The notes: generated by a model from the letters alone, not told the origin. A stretch of DNA of 64,000 bases from Chlorokybus atmophyticus (GCA_009103225.1 RHPI01002090.1:1411932-1475931); one strand, 5' to 3'. Shown: positions 1-13,218, numbered from the stretch's first letter. Translations and numbers: made by a program.

Positions 1-1664
1 TGGCACGCATTCAAGTCGTGCACATGTTGTCCGTGCGCGCTTTGACATATGTTACACATTACACAAAGGGTAACATCTGTTGGCCATTTGTCGAGTGCAT
101 AAAAAAACTTGGCACCATCACCAGCGCGTGCACTAATGCAAGGGACGCGCCATGACTTGAAAGCCTTTACAAACCACGCGATAGATACATCAAAGCTGTT
201 CAAGCCACAAATGACTAAAATGACAGTTTTTCACAAGTGAAAGAACTTTCTTTGTAGTCGCGACTTATGTCGTATGAAAATGTCATGCACATAACAAGTA
301 AGTAAGCACCGTGATTTGCTTCAAGATTGACATTTTAATCAAATAATAAAAGGAGTTTTTCTTATAAGTTGCGGTGTGCGTGGTCACAAATGTGGTAAGA
401 GATCATTAATATGTTCAACATAGTTTAAACCTATTTTGAAGTATTGAAGAAATTGTCGCATTGAACGCAACGCGTTGCATGTGACATAACTATAGTGTTA
501 TACAATTGTGTTGTTATCAGAGGTGACCCTCAAAGAACTTGACTGAACAAGTGCACCACTTGGCTATTACGCAAACTTTGTGTAAGGAGTGATTCTCACA
601 TAATGATAATAATGTAGCATGAGAACGTTTTTGACTTCTGTTGCGTGTCGGTAACTTTGTATATGCCCACTGACCCCTACAGTGTAGCCGACTAGTCCTA
701 CAGTCGTAGTTGTGCTACGCTTTATAAATTGCTATTTGCTTGTCGTTTGCTTTGACATTTGTGGTGTGCTTAGCCCTTCAACGTTACCGTACGCCCCCAT
801 GAAACGCCATTATCACTGTTTTAAAGTCATGATGTCAAAAGCACTCCAATTTTTATAAAAGGTGACACGCAATGCTTGATGTAAAGGCATCATACGGCTT
901 GATCAGGACCACGATGGCAAAAGTCGAGGCCGTTTGCCAATGAAGCAGAGGTCTTATCCAAGCCTGCCAGCAAGTCATGGGTTGCACATAGCTAGGCCCC
1001 TCCATTAGCCAGCCCCTTAGGTCTAGATGTGGAATGTGTGACACAAGTGTAGTTGAGTAGGAGTTAAGGTGCGAGGGCTGCATGCTATGCATCCGCATGA
1101 TGGCGCATGTGTTGCACAGCTTGTTAGTTATTATAATAGTTAAAATGATTAGTTATTATGATTATTAGGTGCTCGTGGGTGTACAGTATAAGCACGAGGC
1201 TGTTAGAAGCATGCATTTCAACGCCATGCATGACATGCATTACACCCTACGCACCTGAATGCTGCATGCACGACCACCGGGCTAACTATGTACTACTCTA
1301 CCTCTACTCCTACTCCCCCTTGTGTGTGATGCATGCATGCATCACTGGCAGTCATGGTAGTCACCTGCACAGCGGCTGTGTTCCCACAGCATGCAGCACA
1401 TGTTTGCATGTGCTGCATGCTGTGGGTGCTGCGCCTGTGTGTTGGGGTGTTGTTCGTGTGTGTTAGGCTTGCACAGCATAGAATGCACCCATCGCAATAC
1501 CTCAAGCATGCATTGCAAAAGCAACTCAGCTTGTCACACTGTCCAGAACCTTGATTGCAACAAATACAATGGCTGTGTTTGCTTGCGTGACTGTGACTGT
1601 GCATGCATGCATGTTTACATGCACCGCATTGCATACTTTGTAAACACAAGGATTGACAACATAG

Positions 1665-4011
1665 CTACTCAATCCCAGACGTGATGAACTTGCGGTACCA
1701 CAATTTTCCAAAGCATGCAGGGGCACCAAACCACGCGAGCAAGCACAATGCAATTCGGGCTTTCCAATTTATCAATCGTCTTGTGGCCTCTACCATGTCG
1801 GCCTCCAAACCGCAATATGAGAACCTCATGAACTTGTGTCCCCTATCAATATCAAAATCAATGCCTGGTGTCGTAGCTACTCCAGTTTGCTGTAATAGCT
1901 GCTTGCAGAACTGCAAGCTGTCTGAAGTTGTGTCGGATATATCCGCATACAAGTAGAATGCACCATCTGGTGCGCACAGGCCCTTGAAACCAGCCTTTGG
2001 CAACTCGTTCATCAGAATCTCTGCATTTCTTTTATATCTCTGCACGTGAGGCAACAACTCCTCCTGACAGTCAAACGCTGCCACTGCCGCATGCTGCAAT
2101 ACACAACATAACACCGCCAACATTGGTGAGTTCCAAACACCAAATCAGAAAATAAACCTGCACAACTCCAAGCCAAATGTACCTGACAGAGTGTGGGTGC
2201 GCACACGGTGAAATTCTGCAGCAGGGCCGTGAGCGGCTTGTGCAACTCTTTGCGCGGCACAACCATCCAGCCCACCCGCCAGCCCGTCATAGAGTAGAAC
2301 TTCGAGAAAGAGTTCATCACTACTGCATCTTTGGAAAACCTCAGCGCCGTGGTTGCAGGCTGGTTGAAGTGAATGCCATGATAGATCTGCATCAACAAAA
2401 AGCAGTCGACAGCACCTACAACACACGCTGTAAGACACATGCTGTAAGATAGCGGACACATACCTCGTCGCTGATGAGCTGAATGCCATGTGCACTGCAG
2501 TGGTCGCAGAGAAGTTGCAGCTCGTGCGCTTCAAGAATGGTCCCCGTCGGATTAGATGGCGAAGCAATAATTAGCCCATCAATGCGACCGCGCTCAAGCT
2601 CAGCTCGCTTCAGCATGTCCACGGTCGGCTGGTACCTTGTGCTGACGTCTACCGGCAGAGGGACAACTTCACAGCCAAGAGCCTGTTCATCCATCATCAT
2701 TATCATTCTGAGTACTTGAGACTGCAAACAAGCACACACGCGCGTGTATATGCACACACGCTCTGAGAGACACACACACACACATGCGCGCGCATTCGCT
2801 CGCACGCACATAAACTCACACATACTCTCTTTAGTTATACCTGCAGGATGTTTCTGTAGCATGGGTAGCTTGGTGCTGCAAGGGCCACACGCGCTCCGGC
2901 GTCAAACATGGCAATGAACGCAACAACAAATGCCCCCGATGAACCGGTTGTGACTATGATGTCTGCGGGGTCGATGTGCACACCGTAGTACGTGTTGTAA
3001 CTGCGTGCAATGTTTTCCCTTAGCTCGGGCAGGCCCAGCGCGTCCGTGTATCCCAGCCTGTGCTTGCCCAAAGCCTGCCGGGCCGCCTCAATGACCTTCT
3101 GCGGGGCACCCGTGCTGGGCTGACCGACCTGCATGTGTGCTTGACTTAGATCCCTGATCAACAACCAGGCTAGTTGAGCAGAGCAGCTCTCCTGGCATTG
3201 CCGCTAACCAAGTTACCTCCATGTGTATGACTGCGTCACCCCCATGCTTTGCAACATGCTCGTCCATTCTGATTGCGTCCCGCATGACATCCTGCGTGAG
3301 GAGTACACAACAACACATCAAGAACGAACTGCAAGTCATTGCCAACTTTAGCACAGCAAAGAACCAACTGCACTGTGCTTGTGCAAAATGCAGTTGGTGC
3401 TTATGGGTCTGTGCTCACCATCACGATGAAGGAAGGGATGTTGGACCTCCGTGAAGGAAAAGAGTTGCGAAGTGCATTGTTCGTATCCCCTGCGACCAGC
3501 AACTCCTCTGATTCACCCGGGCTTAAAAGGCTCAAACAGCGAACACCCTGTCACGTGGAAACGCATTGCATGCGTGCGTGTAAGAAGCAACGGCAACAGA
3601 CAGATGTGAGAGCTGTGAAGAACACTCTATGCGCAGCATGGCAAAGAGTGTTATCATGCATGCGGGAACTCTGATTGGAGCAACTGCAACGACTGCCTTT
3701 ATACCATCAGTCTGCAACGCAGCCTAACATCACACAGTGAGGCTTGAGGCTGACTCGCGCGTAGCCTGTAGTGCTGAATGAAGCTTTACAAACTGCCTTT
3801 GGTTGCTCAACGCTCGGTTTCAGCATGAACATGAAAGAATGAGCAATGCGCTTCCAGCATGCACGCAGCGCAACCACCGTCGTCGGTTTTGCAACCGCAC
3901 CATCCCAAGCAAGCAAGCAATCTCCAACCAAGAACATCGTACCAGCTGCAACTGCTGCTGCTTGCCCCACGCCTGGTGGAGCCGCAGCCGGCTGGCCAGT
4001 CTTGCCAGCAT
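1665..4011 (-). CDS. PLP-dependent aminotransferase class I/II (bacterial AspC/AspB-like), multi-exon, with a probable mitochondrial presequence
   Basis: Spliced exons give MLARLASRLRLHQAW..QLQL|GVRCLS..SRRSNIPSFIVM|DVMRDA..VIHME|VGQPSTGAP..GYTDALGLPELR..SPSNPTG..ISDE|IYHG..NSFSKFYSMTGWRVGW (PLP lysine)..PDGAFYLY..TPGIDF..MRFSY. GT/AG junctions restore the frame. Confidence 0.92.
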
Positions 4012-4211
4012 CGCGCCTGAAACGCCGCACCGGCAGCCAACTCCGCAAGCACAACCAGGAGGTCACTGACATGAACCAACACAAGCAGCTTGCGAAAAGA
4101 GGCGACGGCGGCAGTGGCGGCGGCATTGTATGTCTTTGTCTGTGTGTATAAGGTAGTGTGGTGTGGGGTGCTGGGTGGGAAGCGCAAGAGGGCGCGGGAA
4201 GTCTGGGCTGC

Positions 4212-6334
4212 ATGAAGCGGAGCTACAGGAAGTCCAGGGCGACGACGGAGGAGGAGGACGGTGTGGAGGACGCCGTTGACGTGCGGTACTGCCTTGTTGC
4301 ATTCTCTTAGTACTTGCTGCTGCAAATAAGCATATCCAAATGCTGTTTACTTGCGCTGTACGTTCGTAATCGCGAACGGTGCGTGCCTTTCACGCAAGTC
4401 TTTCATCAAAAATCACACAGTCTCTTAACTGCAACATCAGTACTTGACAACTTGCACGCTGCACTGGTTTTCCAGCTGCGTGGTGCTTACCTCTGATTAG
4501 ACACAGGCGCATTGTGTGTGAACTAAGCATTTGCCACGGCAGTTACACAGCTGGTATGTGTCAAACGCAAGTTGGGTTTCTTCTCAAAGCAGTAGCTGAC
4601 TCAAAGACAACACCCACGCCGCACAGGAATGTCATTCCACTTGCATTTTTAAAGATCAAATAAGTTGCTATGTTTGACACCTGTGCATGCCGTTGCCCAC
4701 TGCCCACTGAGCTACTACTTGTTGTTTGACTTGGTGATGCTTGTGTGGTCTGAATTGACTTGCTGTGCGTGTGGGACAGGACCGTCATTGCCGAGACGCG
4801 TGGGGCACAGGCGCTGCGCGATCGCGGGCGAGGATTGGCCTCAGACACAGCAGGCATGAGATGACAGCATGTGTCAATGCACGCGCCTTACTTGAACCAA
4901 GAGTCTTGACATGTGACTTGTTGCCCAACCAAGAGGTCATGCAGCACACAAAGGGTTTGTGCGTGTCTTTAGGCGCGGGAGCTGCAGCAGTGCCTGTGGG
5001 CCGTCTGGTAGATGATCAAGAGGAGAACCCGGACGAAGATGGGGTTGCGCTTCAGGATACATTTGCCATGGAAACAGAGCAAACGACAGAAGATCCCCAC
5101 ATGTACAGCTCTCACAAAGGGCAATGTTGCTGTGTTCTGTATGCGCGTGAATGCTCCCGCGGTCCCCGTGTATGTGCGTGCATGCTCCTGTGCTTGCATG
5201 TGTCATGTGCATGTGCGCGCACGGGGTGGGGGTTTGGGTTTACATGTGCGCTTCTTTGGTCATTTGCGTGTATGCACATGCGTCTGATCAGGTTGCTGAC
5301 AGTGCTGTGCGGGAATTTTATGCGCTGTTGTTGCAATGATGCAGGAAGAAGTTCATTGAGGATGAGCTAAGGAAAAGGCGCGGGGAGTTGGGGCTTGCGA
5401 ATGCACCAGAAGAGAAGCCATTGACTGAAGAAGACGAGCTTTATGTTGTCCCTGAACACCTGAAGGTGTGTAAGTCTTGGCAGCACCCACATTTAATATG
5501 TCATGTTGTCTGGGGTGCAGAAGAACTGCACGATAAAATGCTTGCTACTATGCTTGCTGGTATGCTTGTGCAAGCATGACAGCAGGCTGTTGATGGTAGT
5601 TGCCGTGCACTACAATTGCTGATATGTGTGAGCATGTGTACCGCGTGAGCATGCAAGCAAATACTCCTGACTGTTTGTTGTCTCAATGCAGATTAATAAG
5701 AAGCAGAAGGAGCAAGGTGGCATGGAAGCATGGGCAACCGGCATAGTGGAAGTGCCACTTGGAGTAAAGTACGCTACGCAAACGCAAACACATGGGTTCG
5801 GTATTGAAGGCATGCCACACATTAATCTACTTGTCAATGCAGTTTTAAACTCGCAAATATAGAGGCTACAGAAGACGCCAAGCGCAAATTGCTTGACCAG
5901 AAGAAACAACCCAGGTGCGGCATATGTTCGTGGTTTGAACTCGGGTTACAACAGCAGCAACAAATGAGCTCTGACAAAGGTGGATGTGCAGACCAGCAGC
6001 CCCGCAAAGCAAACCGCTGCACCCGGCAAGCTTCAGCGCCAATTTTAACCAGCATGGCAAGGATCATGCGAAAAAGCTTCGTGAGGGTAAGTGTGTCTGC
6101 AATGGATGGCAATGTATGTGTTAATGCAAGTTCCTCTGTAGTATGGTGATGTGGCATTGGATGGCATGGATGGCAGATAGGGAGAAGGAGGAGAGGAAAC
6201 GAAAGGCAACAGAAGACGACGAGTCCCCGAAACAGAAGCAAAAGGATCCCTACAGGGGACATAACACAGCAACTGATGATGCGGTTGCGAAGCGCTTCCG
6301 AGCACGAGAGCTTGCCAGAATCCAGCGCAGATGA
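4212..6334 (+). CDS. C9orf78: C9orf78/TLS1/CSU2-like (HCA59 family) spliceosome-associated protein
   Basis: Exons give MKRSYRKSRA..DV|RTVIAETRGAQALRDRGRG..FAMETEQTTEDPHM|KKFIEDELRKRRG..EDELYVVPEHLK..WATGIVEVPLGVKY..IEATEDAKRKLL..ATDDAVAKRFRARE*. These match remembered HCA59-family motifs. Confidence 0.85.
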
Positions 6335-7282
6335 CACTTATTGCCAGCTACCAAGCAGTGCGGTTGTTGTTTGCTGCATCCATTGGCCATATGCACTGCC
6401 TGGTGCGACATTGACGACCTGGCGCGCGTGGCATGTGTTTGCTCTCAGTTTCGGACAACAGCTTCTGAAGAACGTCTACACTGCCCTGCCTCGTCAACCA
6501 TCTTAGATGTTTGAAGGCATTACTGCTCGGCGTTGTGGCCGCAGGATGATCTGGCAATACAACAAGGCTCAAGTGCAGGTGTTGTTTCATAGCATGCAAT
6601 GTTCACTCCAGCAATAGCGTTATCACTGCCTTTTGATGATAACGGAGTGTGCGACATGACTAGTTCGACTTGACGCGCATGCCACAATGTGTAAGGTACA
6701 ATACGCGGCGTATCAAGTGGCGTTGTGACCATTGTTGCCTCCCCTCCCCCCTTGCCGGCGCGCGCACGATCACACGCGTGTATGTCTACAGCGCCACCAT
6801 AAGTGCGCATGTGAATCGGGCATGAGAACCTGTCTAGTTAGCTGCAACGACCGAGGCCACATCTTATCCCTTACCAAACAGAGAAATGCCAACATCTATG
6901 TGGCAACACCACAATGTTACACAAGCACAACACATCTGTCTGAAAATGACATTGTGCATAGCTACAAAACACCAAACAGTGACGAATGTACACATGGCAA
7001 TATCTACAATTGTACCAATTGACACAACTACCACCTGAGCTGAAAACACCAGCCATTGTAGTGAATAGCAGTGAACGCAATATATACATATCAGTGATAT
7101 TGGCAGCCGCCCACACGCTGGCTTAGGACTGGCACAGCGGCGTATCTGCAACAACCAGGTTTATTAAAAGGACATGAAGACACGCACATACGAGCGAGCA
7201 AATCACAAGCTATTGCATAGCACATAGAAATTACAGCCCTGACACACCTGTTAACACACGCATGCACGTTCACACACGACAG

Positions 7283-7402
7283 TCAGAACAAGACTGCGAC
7301 TGCCACCTCAGCCTTGATGGACCAGCCTGCTTCTTTGCCTCTCTCCATCAATTGGCCAATACCCTGGGCAGCACACCTTATACCATACGCTAGAATACTC
7401 AT
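7283..7402 (-). pseudogene. Unrecognised small-ORF family, copy B (partial tandem duplicate of A)
   Basis: Reads MSILAYGIRCAAQGIGQLMERGKEAGWSIKAEVAVAVLF*. The downstream non-coding flank also resembles that of copy A. Confidence 0.55.
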
Positions 7403-7499
7403 AATGACTGCCAGCCGACACACACATACGCGCAAGCAACTTACAACCTACTACATAGCACGTAAAAACAACACCCCTGAAACCTGCTGACACGCATGC

Positions 7500-7928
7500 A
7501 CGATCACACGCCAGGAGCAGAGCAAGTACAATTGCCACCTCCACCTTAACGGTCCAGACGACCTGCCCTGCTTCCTTTCTTCTCTCCATCTCCTGATTCA
7601 CCCACCGGAAACGGGGTAAGACGAGCGGCAAGAAAGGGAAGTAGAAGGGGAAGAAGTAAGGCCTCATCCTTTTCTCCATCGCTTGGCCAAGTTACTGGCC
7701 AGCACACCTCATGCCGTACGCCAGGATACCCATACCGAAGACAAAGCCGATAGGCCGTAATGCCTCTTCCGGCAGGAGTGGCCACTTGCTCTCCTCCTCG
7801 GCCTGGTTGCCAGTGTCGTCGCTGTCATCGCTTGCAGCGTCGCTGCTCTGGTCACTGACACTGGAATCAGGCACAAGCCATTCCTCGCGGCGCCCTACCA
7901 CCCCGCGGCCGCCGCCGCCCCTCGCCAT
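7500..7928 (-). pseudogene. Unrecognised small-ORF family, copy A (in-frame TAA at 7692-7694)
   Basis: Reads MARGGGGR..EEESKWPLLPEEALRPIGFVFGMGILAYGMRCAGQ*LGQAMEKR..EMERRKEAGQVVWTVKVEVAIVLALLL. Homologous to copies B, C and D. Confidence 0.6.
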
Positions 7929-8019
7929 GCCACCTCACCGCTGGTGCATTAGATCACCTTATACTAACGTCCGTCATTGCCAAGACGCAATGCGCACAGC
8001 TGCTTCGCTGCGCAGGTGA

Positions 8020-8780
8020 GGGCTGGCGTCAGATACAGCCCCCAACCCCGAAGAGGATGGTGTTGCTGTTCAGTATAAGTTCGCTATGGGGGACGATGCA
8101 GACGACAGAAGATCCTCACATGTCTGCCTCTCGCCAACAGCAGTTTCGTAGTGTTGGCCTCTCTGCGCGTGCATATAACCAAAATATATGCACCATACAT
8201 GCTCATCACACAGTGCTACACGTGCATGCTGGCGTGTGTCCTGTGTATGCGCGCATACTCGCGTGTGGGCGTGCTTGCGTGTGTATGAGCGCACACGCAT
8301 GGGTTTCCATGTATATATCTAATAGACTGCTCCATTCATGCGTCTCACACTATGCCACACACGCAAGCACACATGGCGGTCCACTGTAGTCCCAAACGCA
8401 CAACCACCCACCCAACCAGAGCTTTATACACCAGAGGGCTTAGCTAGGGGCCTAATGCAACTAGCTAAGTGCATCGAGACGACGACATGGCAGTCCACTG
8501 TAGTCCCAAACGCACACCCACCCACCCACCCACCCAGGGCTTTATTCACCAGAGGGCTTAGCTAGGGGCCTAATGCAACTAGCTAAGTGCATGGAGACGA
8601 CGACAGTTACGACGACGTACAGCCAGCAAGAACGGGTGGCTGTACTTGCAGGCTTGGCGTGTGTCAGCGCTCGTTGGCACTGCGGGGAGGACTGGACTAT
8701 ATATGGGTCTTGATGGTCATTTGCATGCGCACGCAAGTGTGTGTATGCTCACATGTGCATGCAAGAGTGTGCAGATGCTT
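8020..8780 (+). pseudogene. Diverged duplicate of a C9orf78 exon plus its following intron
   Basis: PNPEEDGVAVQYKFAMGTMQTTEDPHM at 8041-8121 aligns with ENPDEDGVALQDTFAMETEQTTEDPHM at about 5021-5102. The downstream intron sequence is also similar and is interrupted by the 120-bp tandem repeat. Confidence 0.75.
8370..8605. repeat. Two tandem copies of a ~120-bp unit (CATGGC.GTCCACTGTAGTCCCAAACGCAC...GAGGGCTTAGCTAGGGGCCTAATGCAACTAGCTAAGTGCAT)
   Basis: Near-identical direct repeat read in the sequence. Partial related motifs occur at about 990-1030 (-), 10800 and 27398. Confidence 0.9.
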
Positions 8781-9114
8781 GCATGCTTTATCTATGCCTT
8801 TGTTGTGTAGCTTGTTGCATGCACATTGAGTTGTACAACAATGAGAGCTGCCCTTGCACAACCAAAGCACTCGGCTCTCTTGTCTTGTGATGCTTGCATA
8901 CTACGCACCAGAATAACACGGGCTAAACAACGTTAGCCGTTTTATGTCGAGGGTATGTTTGTGTGCTGGCCGTGTCCATCAGCTAAGGAATGCCCTAGCG
9001 CATAAGTGGCATACTATGAGTAGCCCATAACTGGCATTGGGGTAAGCTACTCATGTTAATCTTACAACTTGCGTCTTGTTTTAGGTAAACACAAACCATT
9101 TCACAATGGCTATG

Positions 9115-12100
9115 CTACACACGTTGTGATGTGGGGAATGCTGTGGCGACACCTCTCCTGCTAGGGTCATCCTTCCACGCAGCTGTCACCGTTTTCTGCT
9201 GTGTATAGAATTGCACGCCAGCTTTGCCTGCATCAGGCACAGCAGGATGCGATAAGCAGCCATTGTACCAAATCAACTTGCAAGACAATGCCACAACTCT
9301 CGTACCGTAGAAGTTCATATCGCCCGCAAACGAGCCTCTTGAGCCTGTAAACGAGAAAAACGGCAGCGGCACTGGGATGGGAACATTTATGCCCACCTGC
9401 AGAGAGTGAAAAGTACTTCATTGTGTGGCAATACCAGACATGCAGTCGCCGTAGTTGCGTGTCATGCTTCAAGTAAACGTCAACAGTGCAAGCAGCATGA
9501 CTATCAGTCACCTGGCCGACATCAATCTCATGTTGAAACTTGCGCGCTGCAGCCCCAGACGTTGTGAATATGGCGGTGCCATTTCCGTATCTGCACGCAG
9601 ATTAAACTGCGTTAACACGAGCACAGCAACCAGCACTGCCCTTGACATGCTGCAAGCTTACAGCCTGGCGTGTGACATATTCTGCATACCTGTTGCTGTT
9701 CACGAGCTCAATAGCATCATCCAGTGTGTCAGTCTGGTACACGCATGAAGTTAGCGATAGGAGTACTTGCAACTGCGCATAGACTGCTACTGCGGTGCAA
9801 CCATACTCTTACCTTCATCAGAAGTAACACGGGGCCGAAAATCTCTTCCTGCAAATCACATGCAGTGTGAAAGGGATGTGACCACAAGCACTTGGCCTAT
9901 TGTTACCACCAGCTTGCATGTTTTGGCCCAACTACCTGGTAGCATTTCATGTGAGGCTTGACATCGGTGAGAATTGTTGGACCGATGAAGTTACCTTCAT
10001 CATACCCGGAAACCTGAATGCAGCAGCAATCCATTCGGTCACAACTACCAAAGTGTGCCACATAACGCACATGCAGTGTCATGCGCCAACAAGCCACCTT
10101 GATGTTGCGACCGTCCAGCAGAAGTTTGGCACCCTCCTGGACGCCGCTTTCAACCAAGTTGCAAATGCGTTGCTTGGCCTGTGCAAACATGTGTGCAATT
10201 TGACTGTGTTCAACTTGGAAAAAAACGCGCAAGGGGCACCCACCTCCTTGCTGATCACTGGCCCGAGGTCTGCACCAGGCTCTGTTCCAGCGCTGACTCT
10301 GAGCGACTTTGCCTTCTCAACCAATGCCTCCTCCCTGACAGAATCTCTATCACTCAGTGCATAGACACGTCCAGGTACTCTTCCACACATCTGCTTTGCA
10401 TATTGCGCTTGCAAGACAGGTACCAGCTGTGCGCGTCTCCAACTAAGACGGCAGTGCTGATTGCCATACAGCGCTGTCCGGCTGCGCCAAATGCAGCACC
10501 AACCAGGGAATTTATGGCATTGTCCCTGATGGCATCGTCCATGACAACAGCATGGTTCTTGGCGCCCATGTTTGCCTGGAAATTGACAACACTCACTAAG
10601 CACCAGCCTTGCGAGAATTAGGTACATCAGCATGCATACAACAGATGCGTCCTGGACACAACACGCACTGATAGACCTGGCGTACCTGTACACGCTTGCC
10701 ATTGGCAGATCCCCTTGCGTAAATGTGCCTGCCGGCCTGTGTATGTGGACAAATGAGAAATAATTGAAGCCTGCACAACAACTCGGCTGCATGACAGCAG
10801 CTAGCTAAGGGGCCTGGGTGTTAACTTCGTCATGGAAGAGGGGAGGGNNNNNNNNNNNNNNNNNNNNNNNNNNNNNNNNNNNNNNNNNNNNNNNNNNNNN
10901 NNNNNNNNNNNNNNNNNNNNNNNNNNNNNNNNNNNNNNNNNNNNNNNNNNNNNNNNNNNNNNNNNNNNNNNNNNNNNNNNNNNNNNNNNNNNNNNNNNNN
11001 NNNNNNNNNNNNNNNNNNNNNNNNNNNNNNNNNNNNNNNNNNNNNNNNNNNNNNNNNNNNNNNNNNNNNNNNNNNNNNNNNNNNNNNNNNNNNNNNNNNN
11101 NNNNNNNNNNNNNNNNNNNNNNNNNNNNNNNNNNNNNNNNNNNNNNNNNNNNNNNNNNNNNNNNNNNNNNNNNNNNNNNNNNNNNNNNNNNNNNNNNNNN
11201 NNNNNNNNNNNNNNNNNNNNNNNNNNNNNNNNNNNNNNNNNNNNNNNNNNNNNNNNNNNNNNNNNNNNNNNNNNNNNNNNNNNNNNNNNNNNNNNNNNNN
11301 NNNNNNNNNNNNNNNNNNNNNNNNNNNNNNNNNNNNNNNNNNNNNNNNNNNNNNNNNNNNNNNNGGGGGGGATCGCACCTTGTCAGAACCGACAAATGAG
11401 ATTGCCCTAATATCGGGGTGATCGCAAATGAAGTCCACTGCAGGCTGTAGACACGGTTTTGTCAAGCCAGATGGAGACGCAATGCAAGCTACGTCCCACT
11501 TAAGCTAACTAGCTCATTTGTTGACGTTCATGTGCAACGCAACCATGTGTCAAGAGACGGACTGCATCCCAGTACGAAAAAGGGGAGGCCGCACGACAGC
11601 TGGCTCACCTTGGTGCCGTGAATGATGTTGAGCACTCCAGGTGGCAAACCTGCCTCGAGGGCCATGCCAGCAAGCATCATGGCGGCTCCTGGCAATGACC
11701 ACCGATGCAGCATCAGACCACTGTCATCGACTTCCCAATGAAGACACTGCACTGTGTGAGCTTGTACGTACTGCTTTTTGTCGTACCTGGATCTTTCTCG
11801 GATGGTTTCAGGATGTAACTGTTGCCTGTTGTGACACCCACCGGGAACATCTGCACAATACATCAGCTGATCCCCATGCTGCTGTGGATATGAGTGTGCC
11901 TGCTGCCAGCTTGCCATACTCACCCACAAGGGAATCATTGCAGGGAAGTTGAATGGACAGATGCCAGCGCACACGCCGAGGGGCTGTCGGATGGAGTAGG
12001 TGTCGATCCCAGAGCTGACATTCTCCACCAGTTCACCCATCTGCAAGCTGTTGATGGAGCATGCCATCTCTACAACCTCTGCGCACCATGACCAAACTGT

Positions 12101-13218
12101 CAAACTGCTGCATTCAAGTCCAACAAGAGCCTGAGCGTAGTTGCTCGAGCCTTGTAAGCCACCCGCTCACATACCCAAGCCCCTGAACACGTCACCCCGA
12201 GCATCTGCTAGCGTCTTGCCCTGCTCCATTGTCACATTCGCAGCAAGCTCATCCTGCATGGTTCATAACACGCACTTGAAACATGGTTCCAACAAACTGG
12301 AGGGGGGGGGGGGGGGTGCATTGTACATGTACTGTTACTGCATGCAAGACAAAGACGCAACACTTGTCAGCGCACCATATTCTTGCGGATGAGCTCTTGA
12401 AGCTTGAACATGACACGAACACGTTGAGTGATTGGAACGCCTCGCCATTCTTTGAACGCTTTCTGTGCACTATGCACAGCAGCCTCCAACTCATCCGGTG
12501 TTGCTTCTGGAACTCGCGATACTACCTCTTGCGTCGCCTGTGGATTGCAGAGAATGCAATCAGACCAAAGGCGCAACTTGATGAGAAGCGCATACACAGC
12601 ATAGGCATGTATGAAGTGCTGTGACTCATGCTTACCGGGTTGATGACATCAATCCATGTTGAGGCTTGAGAGTCTACAAACTTGCCATCAATCAGCAGCT
12701 TGACCTTTGGCTGCATATAAGCAGGAAGCACTGATCATTACAACTAAGCACTTCAACATACGCACTGTGATGGTAACAAGTGTGCGCGTATTTGATTAGT
12801 CAAGTGCATGTGTTACATCGTTGATAGGCCAATCCTGGCTTACCGCTTCAGCTGACTCATGGCTCCGAAGAGGTAGGGCTGTGTAGCAGGCGGTCTGAAG
12901 TCGTGGCAGTAGCCATTGCGTGCTTGAGATCTGTGAGGTAACCACAGCAACCATTCGCGAACGATTAAGGAGAGACGACTACTGATCTGGACATCTCTAC
13001 ATGTACAGAACTGTGGCCATCATCAGTTTCAAAGAAGTGGCCAGACCACTACAAGAGTAGTCTAACACTTCGTCATTGCTGATGGCCACAGCTTAAGCAC
13101 TCAGGCAATCCAGCATGACCCGATCTGACTAAAACCAAGCTAATTGTTTAACCAACTGACCAACCTGACGGTGACAACATCGGCCCAACCCCGCGAGGGT
13201 GCGCAGCGTCCCGACCAT
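9115..13218 (-). CDS. ALDH6: Methylmalonate-semialdehyde dehydrogenase (ALDH6), mitochondrial
   Basis: Exons give [16 protein letters not shown]|[71 protein letters not shown] (catalytic Cys)..[39 protein letters not shown]. The N-terminus is Arg-rich and presequence-like. Confidence 0.96.
10848..11364. other. Assembly gap (517 N) inside an ALDH6 intron, flanked by G-runs
   Basis: N-run seen directly. The exons on either side join in frame (..SDK|AGRHIY..). Confidence 0.98.

Noticed and set aside
3707-4325. 168-172-aa minus-strand ORFs upstream of the aminotransferase
   Set aside because: They overlap the 5' UTR, exon 1 and intron of the aminotransferase and the start of C9orf78. No family features.
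8370-8605. CRISPR-like array
   Set aside because: Only two ~120-bp units with no unique spacers, in a eukaryotic context.
10805-11465. Long poly-X ORFs in the track
   Set aside because: Artefacts of translating the N gap.
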